From positions 1,318,307 through 1,382,306 of the forward strand of contig NC_068994.1 of assembly GCF_001194135.2 (NCBI RefSeq): a stretch of DNA of 64,000 nucleotides, read 5' to 3'. Positions 55,269-64,000 of the stretch are shown piece by piece (the stretch's first letter is position 1; every line of letters begins with the position of its first letter). Origin of the DNA: Octopus bimaculoides (taxonomy: Eukaryota). The notes beneath the pieces are model-generated. The model saw only the letters and a list, made by a program, of their open reading frames with translations, did not search any database and was not told where the DNA came from. The translations under genes and the position numbers were made by a program.

Positions 55269-55657
55269 GTAAGTGGAAACATTCGATGCCATTTGGAAAC
55301 TGTTTTGCAGCTTAAGGCTCATATATCCCGAGAGATCTAGATATCCTGTCATTTCAGCAGGTATCTAAAAGATATTGTTTTAATACACTTTCACTTGTTT
55401 CAAACAAACACTAGCATGGTTTTTCTTTTTTTGTTGTCCAGACTTCGTTACCAGTAATTTTTATAACTTCAGCATTCGTTTATTATTCTTTTCAAACTCC
55501 TTTCATTTTTCAAGGTAATCCACACTCAAGGAAAGGTATTTCTGCCAAATGTCATCTTAAAATATGTGTAAAGAAAGGGGGCTGATGCGGTTTCGCAGCA
55601 CCTCACCTTCCTTCAAAATTGCATTTTTAAAAAAAAGATTTCTTCGGAAACATATCT

Positions 55658-56722
55658 GGGTGGACATTGGAATTAGACACTGAGGGAAAATGGCTGTAAC
55701 TTTTTTATTTTTTTGTTTTGGCGATTTTCGTTTTCGATAATATGTTCTACATGTCACGGTCATGCGATTCCCCCTAAAAAAAATTTTGGACCAACACCCC
55801 ACACCCTCACACACGAGGGGGGGGGGCGGTTTGGCGATTTTCATTTTTGACATTGTGTTCTACATGTCCAGGTCGTACGAATAGCCTTCTCGCAACTTAG
55901 ATGTGAAAATGAACGGCTCAAAAAGGATTACATGTGGAGTCCCCACCACGAAACTTGATATGCTAGAAATAACAGCTAAACGCGGACAATCCAAATCTTG
56001 CATTGGTCCAGATGGACTATATGTAATCTGAACCTTTCTCCCCCTTATTTACNNNNNNNNNNNNNNNNNNNNNNNNNNNNNNNNNNNNNNNNNNNNNNNN
56101 NNNNNNNNNNNNNNNNNNNNNNNNNNATGTTCTACATGTCACGGTCATGCGATTCCCCCTAAAAAAAATTTTGGACCAACACCCCACACCCTCACACACG
56201 AGGGGGGGGGGCGGTTTGGCGATTTTCATTTTTGACATTGTGTTCTACATGTCCAGGTCGTACGAATAGCCTTCTCGCAACTTAGATGTGAAAATGAACG
56301 GCTCAAAAAGGATTACATGTGGAGTCCCCACCACGAAACTTGATATGCTAGAAATAACAGCTAAACGCGGACAATCCAAATCTTGCATTGGTCCAGATGG
56401 ACTATATGTAATCTGAACCTTTCTCCCCCTTATTTACGTGGGATTCCGTAAAAAAAAAATTAAATAAGGGGAGTTAGGGTTAGGGTTAGGGTACGACCGG
56501 GACATGTGGAACACAATGTCAAAAATGAAAATCGCCTAAATAAAATAATAAATACCCCCCCCCCCGTGTGTGGGGGTGGGGGGAGTTGGGTCCAAAATTT
56601 TTTTAGGGGGAATCGCATGACCGTGACATGTAAAACACATTATCGAAAACGAAAATCGCCAAAATTAAAAAATAAAAAAGTTACAGCCATTTTCCCTCAG
56701 TGTCTAATTCCAATGTCCACCC
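55658..56722. mobile_element. Nested non-autonomous TIR element A (~220-230-bp TIRs, ATATCT TSD, internal (TTAGGG)3)
   Basis: atatct|GGGTGGACATTGGAATTAGACACTGAGGG ... CCCTCAGTGTCTAATTCCAATGTCCACCC|atatct. Confidence 0.85.
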
Positions 56723-56743
56723 ATATCTGTACATATATATAAG

Positions 56744-57172
56744 GGTAATCTTCCAGTTTCGAGTGGTTAAAAAAGTAAATAAAATACAAGGGAAATAACT
56801 GAACATCTTACCAGTTTTATCCGTACTACTTTGTTTATAAATAAATCACGTGATTTGATTGGCGTTAACTGTTTATATGTAAATCACACACGTGATTGAA
56901 TATCATAGTCTCTTACGAGAAATCGAAAATGCCTCGTGGAAGACCGGCTGCACAACATCTTATTGTTGCTGAAAACAATAAGATGTTGGAAAATTTTAAA
57001 CTTTAATAAAAAAAAATTTCGTCACATGCTGTTAGATTCTTTTCTGCCTGTTAAAATTCCGTCGCATGCTGTTTTAGAGAAAAAGTAGTACGGATAATAC
57101 TGGTAAGTGGTTCCGTTATTTCCCTTGAATATTTTTATTTATTTCTTTTAATCTCGAAACTGGAAGATTACC
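56744..57172. mobile_element. Nested MITE B (~90-bp TIRs) in a TA-rich site
   Basis: GGTAATCTTCCAGTTTCGAG ... CTCGAAACTGGAAGATTACC; match extends to atccgtactacttt / aaagtagtacggat. Confidence 0.85.
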
Positions 57173-58144
57173 GATATATATATATATATATCCCCATATA
57201 TATATACAGACAGATAGATAGAGAGAGAGAAGGTAATAACAAGTGAATGAAAATAACGACGGAAAGGTTAAAAAAAAAGCGTAAAAATAATTGAAGATAA
57301 AATGAAACAAAAATGAAGCCAAAACATTAAAAATTATTGAAAGTGGGTAGAAAAAAACACTACGGAGTGTAATAGTTCTGCTCTCGGGTATCTGTAGAAA
57401 GATGAATGAGGTTTCGAAATATAACGAGGAAACATTCGAAATTCCATAATTTTCTTTATAATCGTAATACATGCCATTTGAAAAGTATTTCTATAAAATT
57501 TCATTGAAAAAACTCCCATTTTCCTAAAAGTTATGAGAGAAGTCTTGTTCCTACCCTCTTGGAAAATATTTTCCCCTCAAATTTCTTTATAGTCGTAATA
57601 TATGCCATTTGAAAGGCATTTCTATAAAATTTCGTTGAAAAAAAATCCCATTTTCCCTAAAAGTTACGAGAGAAGTCTTGTTCCTACCCTCTTGGAAAAT
57701 ATTTTCCCCTCAAATTTCTTTATAATCGTAATATATGCCATTTGAAAGGCATTTCTATAAAATTTCGTTNNNNNNNNNNCTAAAAGTTACGAGAGAAGTC
57801 TTGTTCCTACCCTCTTGGAAAATATTTTCCCCTCAAATTTCTTTATAATCGTAATATATGCCATTTGAAAGGCATTTCTATAAAATTTCGTTGGAAAAAA
57901 ATCCCATTTTCCCTAAAAGTTACGAGAGAAGTCTTCTTCCTACCCTCTTGGAAAATATTTTCCCCTCAAATTTGTTTATAATTGTAATATATGCCATTTG
58001 AAAGGTATTTCTATAAAATTTCATTGAAAAAAAAAAAAAAACGCCATTTTCTTAAAAGTTACAAAAGAAAAGCTAGCAAGATGTAAACGTTAACCCAACT
58101 TGGTTTTTTGCTACATCGTTTTGCCAAAGACATGCAGTTAATTG

Positions 58145-58632
58145 GTTGACATCCCTGGAATAGGATGAGTGATCATGGCCAAACTGTCAATCGAGAGTTC
58201 TACTGTAATGTTTTGAAGTGTCTGAGGGAGGACATTTGATGAAAGCAACCATATCTGGGGAGAACATAGAACTGGACTCTTCATGACGACAATGCACCCT
58301 GTCACCGAGCTTTCCTTACTCGTGAGCTTCTCACCAGAAACAGCATAGTATCCCTTCCACACCCACCCCACTCACCAGATTGAGCACTTGTGGACTTCTG
58401 TCTCTTCTCCAAGATGAAAATGCAGCTCAAAAGTCACTGCTTTAAAACCATTATCAAAATTAAGAGTGAATCACAGAAGGTTCTCGATTCACTTACAGAA
58501 AACGACTTCCAGGCTGGATTTCAAAGTGGCAAAAATACTGGAACTGGTGTATTGCTGCACAAGGAATGGTGTTAAAATTTTGCTAAATAAGTTATTTTCT
58601 CTTTAGCATAACTTGTCTGGGAACTTTCTGAT
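58145..58632 (+). mobile_element. Mariner (DD34D-type) transposase 3' half, pseudogenised
   Basis: GQTVNREFYCNVLKCLRED...WTLHDDNAPCH...LPHPPHSPD*ALVDFCLFSKMKMQLK (HDNA and SPDLAPxDF motifs). Confidence 0.93.
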
Positions 58633-58833
58633 ATGTATATGTATGTATTTAAAACATACACAGTAATTGAAGTGTACAGTATCATATATCCATTCCGGTC
58701 AATCTTACCAATTGGTTTCGCAATCAGGGTTCAATGATCATTAGATTACAGTCCAATTATGTAACCCTACACTCTTCAAAGGTAGCTGTTATGGAATGAA
58801 ATATGGTGACTGCTTTATAATACACACATATAT

Positions 58834-59045
58834 CATCATCATCACCATTGTTTGAAGTCTGTTCTCCATTGCTGGCATGGATTGGATGGTATAAGAGGTG
58901 GCAAGCTGGAGGGCTGCAGCAAGAGTTAGTTGTCTGCTTTAGCATGCTTTTTATGGTTGATGCCCTCCCTAATGCCAACCACTTTACAGAGTGAACCAGG
59001 GTGTTTTTACGTGGCCCCACCACAGTTACTTTTTACATGGTGTTG
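58834..59045 (-). mobile_element. RTE 3'UTR copy, diverged
   Basis: catcatc...gctggcatgggattggatgg...gatgccctccctaatgccaacc. Confidence 0.7.
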
Positions 59046-60769
59046 GCACAAACATACATATAAATATATCATCATCATCATCATCCTTTAACGTCTGCTT
59101 CCCATACTGGTATGAGTTATCTTGTCTCTAGCAAAGGTCATTAGGCCAATTAAAATTTAAATACATGCATTGGTTCACATGCTTGTTGAAACACACAAAT
59201 GTTATTGAACATCATGAAGGAGATAAACATGAAAATCTGCCAATACCAAAAAAAAAAAAACGAAGAAGAAGCCTGCTTCATGAACCTAAGGATACCATCA
59301 CACCACAGAAAAAATCAAGACTCATGGAACTAATTCAACAGGAATACCAATACACAAGCCATGCCTGTGACAGACGGACAGACACTTTAGCAACAAGCTA
59401 CAGTGGATGAGGCAACAGCAACAACCACAACATCATAGAAACAAGGACAAATATAGAAACAACATCAAAGGAATTATGTTTGTCTGGAAACAACTGGACA
59501 ACTTTGTGGGCTGCTGAAAGTGTCTCTGCATAAGGAGTTCAGGACACTCTTGTGATAACAGGAAGCACATTTAATCTTAAGTAGAGGGTTAAACCAAATG
59601 TGATATCTTTGATGGCTTTGTGACATGTATTGTATTTCTCATGGAAACCACTCTTTTAAGACATTATTATAGCAGTGTGAAGCATTGTTAAAGACTTCTC
59701 CGTCAGATGAAACTCTGATTGTGTAGTGGCTGTTATTACAGACTGGATTTTTTGATACTATGTGAAAGTGACTTGAAGTCTACATTATGCATGCATGTAT
59801 TTACGTATGTAAATATTTACTCATACATAATACATACATGCAAACATACATGCATGCATACATACATATATGTTTGAATGTGCGCATGTGTGATGCTTGT
59901 GTGTGTGTGTTTTGTGGGTGTTACAATCTCTCTCTCTCACTTTCTCTCTCTTTTTCTATCTTTCTAATTATGTATATTGCTGAAGTTGTTGTTGTAGTCA
60001 ATGTAAACGTTGTTGCTTTTGTACTTTTTGTTGTACATACGGAATACAGAGTAAACGAGGTGATGTGAGCCAGGTTTTGTAATGAAGTGATCAATCCCCA
60101 TCACTACCACCACCACTACCACCCTCATCATTGCCCCACACCACTACTACCACAAGCACCACTGCCACTGCTACTCCCCCTCCACCCCACCACCACCAAT
60201 CTTGCCACCATCACAAAACCACAGTCCCTGGTTAAAAGAACTTCATTGAAGAGATTTAACAAAAACCTCATCAGACCAATCTCACCAGTTGGCACCAGTT
60301 CACAAAGCTATATAATCTCCATAATCAAAACTAATTACTATAGAACCATTCCAATTGAGTTTGAGTCTATTAACCTCAGGTGAACTAGTGAAGATCACGG
60401 CCAGCAACCATAAGTAAGACACACAGACAGAATGAATATTTGAATAAAATATCACAAGTTAGATTCAAACCGTTTCCAGAATATTTCAAAAGAGAGGAAA
60501 GGTTTTTCTGGCAAATTTTAATTTTATATTTGTGGGTATTTTTTTTACCTTAAAATCGTATTTCTTCTTCTTCTGGTGACAGTGGTTGTTGTTGCTGAGA
60601 GGATCATGTTGGAATCATGTAGACCTGGGATTAACCCACATGACACAGTACCATGGGCCTCTGTCGACCAATACATTATGGGGAGAACTGGGTAGATGGA
60701 ACCTGTCAGCACACAAATGTTGAAGAGGAAGAAGAATATGAAGAGTATGATGGTTTCATGGCACTGACC

Positions 60770-61310
60770 AGACTCTCAAATGTTATACATCACTGATCAC
60801 AATACACTTTTCAAACAAATATTCTCTCAGCCACCTATTGTAGGCTTTAGATGGAATATAAATATAAGAGAAGTATTAACCTCTACTTCTGACTCCAAGA
60901 AAACTAACATTGGAGCTTCTGAACGCAGCACCTTGAAAAACGGCCACAAGAGGGCTAAGTCTTGTTCATTGTGCAATAACATGTGTCAAGTGAATTCCAT
61001 CATGAATCATAACAGAAATGTCATGAGTTATACTGAAGGTGAGACATGTAAAGATTCCCATTTGTTATCTGCAACAGAATGCACCAAACACAACTTGATT
61101 TATATAAGTTGTACAACAGAACAATTAAACAAAAGGTTCAATGGGGGCACAGATATGACGTCAAGCACAAAAGCATAGTTCGAGAGAACTTGCTGAACAT
61201 TTTACATCAAGTGGCTGCAATTTTGAGGAACACCTGAAAGTGCACATTTTCAGAAAATATTTTGAGACTCTGCTACACTTTCAGTCCTCATGATGCATGG
61301 GGACAAATAT
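60770..61310 (+). mobile_element. Penelope-like element GIY-YIG endonuclease region, decayed
   Basis: FSQPPIVGFRWNINIREVL...CSLCNNM...CKDSHLLSATECTKHNLIYISCTTEQLNKRFNG...ELAEHF matches PPxxxFRxxxNxxxxL / CxxC / IYxxxCxxC..YxGxT..LxxRFxxH. Confidence 0.8.
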
Positions 61311-61460
61311 ATTTGTGAATTGCTAATGTCACAACAAGGAATTTTCAGCTTGCATTATATATATTCTATTACCTTTACACAGAATAGTTTTCTCTTCTGA
61401 ATGGATGAACCAAATAGTATTTACTCTATTCATATAAGAATATATATATGTGTGTATACT

Positions 61461-61522
<62 letters not shown>

Positions 61523-62039
61523 CACATATATAATGTGAGTGTGTGTGTGTATATGTATTTATGTATGAGTGTGTGTGTGCATGTGTGTGTGTATATCTGT
61601 TTGTGTGTATATATATATATAGTACTTTTCAGATTATCAACCATAAAACTGTGATAATCTTGAAAATTAATCATCTTATTTACCAGACTTGAATATTTAA
61701 TGACAAGACTAAATTTTTTAAATATTTTGTTAATTCTGAAGATTTAGTGTAAATAAAGAGAATTAAATGCAAACTCTTCTTCCACAGAAAATTTGTCATT
61801 TCTTCAATTCTTTCCTTTTTGATTTGGAACTGTTTTTCTTGAAAATTGATTTCTTGAAAAGTTGGTCAGAATTGTATTTGGAATGTTTTGTTAAATTTTA
61901 ACCATCTTTCACTTAATTCTTTTGATTGCTCCTTTATTGTTGTTTAGGACAGAATATATTTCTGTCTGATTGTGCACAGATGGACTGATAAGCAGACAGG
62001 CAGACAGATGGTCAATTGTCTTATATATTTATTTATTTA

Positions 62040-62300
62040 TTGACTTTGAACAGCATATTATTGAGTCCCAGATGTTTCTGAGTTTGTTGCAGACAGTCCA
62101 GGCTTGACCATTGTATATAGAGATGCCTTTGTTATAGAGATGCCTTTGTTATAGAGATGCAGATCCAAGGTACTTGATATCACTTACCATCTTGAATCGT
62201 GTGGAGCTATCACTGGAACCAAATTTGCAGAAAGCTTTCCCCTTTGTTGATGGTCATGTACCCAGTTTAGTCTTCTTTGCATTGAGAAACCGAGGAAGTG
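62040..62300 (-). mobile_element. RTE-like LINE RT C-terminal fragment
   Basis: FLNAKKTK...VSDIKYLGS...QAWTVCNKLRNIWDS. Confidence 0.8.
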
Positions 62301-62514
62301 TGACTACAGCATATATATGTATATAAGTATATGTTTATGTATACATATGGAGAGAGAGAGACAGACACATAAATAGATAGTTAGACAGATAAATAAAAAT
62401 ATAAATGTATGTTTGTATGTATTGAAAACATATCTATGTTCTTGTTTTATCATTTTTATTGAGATTCATTTATATTTTTCTTGTTTGTTTGGAACAAAGC
62501 ATTTTTAAATTCAT

Positions 62515-62555
62515 TATCCAAGTTTCAAGACTTCCACAGCCTCTTCATCAGGATA
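62515..62555 (-). other. Degenerate minimal hammerhead-like motif
   Basis: tatc CTGATGA agaggc-tgtggaa-gtctt GAAAC ttg gata. Confidence 0.4.
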
Positions 62556-63958
62556 GGTAATCTGTACACATAACTGCCTCTTGTTTGTGGGAACATTTCA
62601 TTCATATGAGCTTTATTGCCAACATATATGGCAGTGCCCCAGCATGGTCACAGCTCATAAGCTGAAACTAGGTCAATTCATATAAAATTTGATTATTAGA
62701 TGTAGGTAGTCAATCATGTTTATTTCAAGATATTATACAGTGTTTGTGTGTTATTTTAGCATTATGCTGTGTTACACTTAATACTTTGATCATTAATCAC
62801 ATATTTTTACAAGGAATGCTATAAGGCACAGATGTGGGGGTCAGCTAATATGTGCCAATCTAATTTATGGTAAGATGATGCATGTTGTAACTGTTACTTG
62901 CTGTAGGTGCATGATGAGCCAATGATAGAGTGTCGACTGTATTTGAATGGTCCAGTGTTCCAGTTAGAGTCTTGAAGTTTACAACCTTTTTTGTTAGCAA
63001 TGTAGCTTATCAGTTAAAGTGGTCATTTGAGACTAATTCTACAGTGTATATGTTGATGGTTTGTTGCTGGGAATTAATAAGGAGGTCATTGATTTTAGTG
63101 TTTTATTGTTTCAAAACAACTACAAGTGATATGTATGAAAATATGAAAACAAAACCATTAATGAAAAAGATAAAACAAGAAACAGCTGTAGTTTTAATAC
63201 ATAGGCAGAATGAAAGATGTTCCCTTATTTTTGTTCATCTGAGACAAACTATCTACCAGTCTCTCTGTCTAGCTGTCCATCCATTTGTCCAGGCATCTCT
63301 TGGTCTGGCTATCTCTTTTTCCATCTATACACATATACACAAAATATATATAGTTTGATATACATACATATATACAAGTCTGTATATGTATGTGTGTCAA
63401 AGATAGAGAGATATAGGAAAAGACAAATAAAAAGTCTGATTGAGAGAGACGGAGAGTGATGGAGGACAGAGAGAGGTGGAGGGTAGAGATGGGGAAGAGA
63501 GAAACTGATATCAATTTGACCATCTATCATATAAATAAATAGAAACAAATAGTTTTACATACATACATGTATATATGTGTGTGTGTGTGTGTGCATATAG
63601 AAAGAGAGAGCGAGGGAGGGAGAGCAATGTGTAGATGGACAGATAGATAGTTCTTTAAATGTTACTTTTTATGGCTGTATGAACACATAGAACCACAAAC
63701 ATAAATAAGTAGATAAAAAGTGATATTTTCATTAGAAACCAAATGAAGTTGCTCTCCAGAACAGAATCTATATTCTGTTACCTTGGTTACTGAGATATGA
63801 AAACCAGGATGGAGAAAATTTAATTTATTGATAAATATGTGTAGAGATATATTATCATTGTGCACATATATATATGTGTGTATGTGTGTGTATGCGTATA
63901 TGTATGCCTCTATATATGCATGTATATGTATATATACCTATATATATATATATATATA

Positions 63959-64000
<42 letters not shown>

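Larger units (their letters stand above)
54535..58072. mobile_element. Foldback/MULE-like element with long modular inverted arms (left ~54535-55195, right ~57215-58072)
   Basis: Arms are reverse complements over more than 600 bp; outer part is ~131-157-bp tandem units (3 left, about 5 right), inner part unique; true termini and TSD not resolved. Confidence 0.8.

Noticed and set aside
55742-56437. 311-bp direct repeat (55742-56052 = 56127-56437)
   Set aside because: Identical copies flank an N gap; most likely an unmerged contig overlap
54590-58060. Regularly spaced repeats as a CRISPR array
   Set aside because: Whole ~131-bp units are homologous with no unique spacers; eukaryotic context and no cas genes
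59165-59410. 81-aa ORF with KKKKRRR NLS-like run
   Set aside because: The basic run comes from a poly-A tract; no splice or homology support
60270-60300. FVNWC-(P)TG resemblance to alpha-tubulin FVDWCPTG
   Set aside because: Needs a frameshift and has no flanking similarity; chance
62185-62293. Minus-strand exon-like segment with ATG|GTAAGT donor
   Set aside because: Another frame matches RTE RT (KKTK...KYLGS...AW..CNKL..IW), so the donor is coincidental

Overview
Eukaryotic, AT-rich, microsatellite-saturated DNA from a gappy draft assembly (about 20 N-runs, about 5 kb). The repeat content (tRNA-headed SINEs, RTE LINE 3' ends with (GAT)n tails, dense (TA)n/(CA)n/(ATT)n/(CAT)n) points to an octopod cephalopod; this is inference. 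I can support no intact protein-coding gene, tRNA/rRNA gene or CRISPR array. Almost all ORF-track entries are microsatellite or N-run artefacts or transposon relics. The window reads as intronic/intergenic DNA with decayed RTE, R4/Dong-like and Penelope retroelements, mariner-type relics, several MITEs and three SINE families. Two things stand out. (1) A 3.5-kb nested palindromic transposon stack at 54.5-58.1 kb: a foldback-like outer element with ~131-bp subrepeats and a CpG-rich ATG exon, enclosing a TIR element with a 6-bp TSD and (TTAGGG)3, and a second TIR element with a perfect central hairpin. (2) Three minimal hammerhead-ribozyme-like motifs, one inside a tRNA-headed SINE-like element. 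A few low-confidence micro-exon candidates suggest a possible host gene at 34-41 kb. Coordinates of decayed repeats are approximate.
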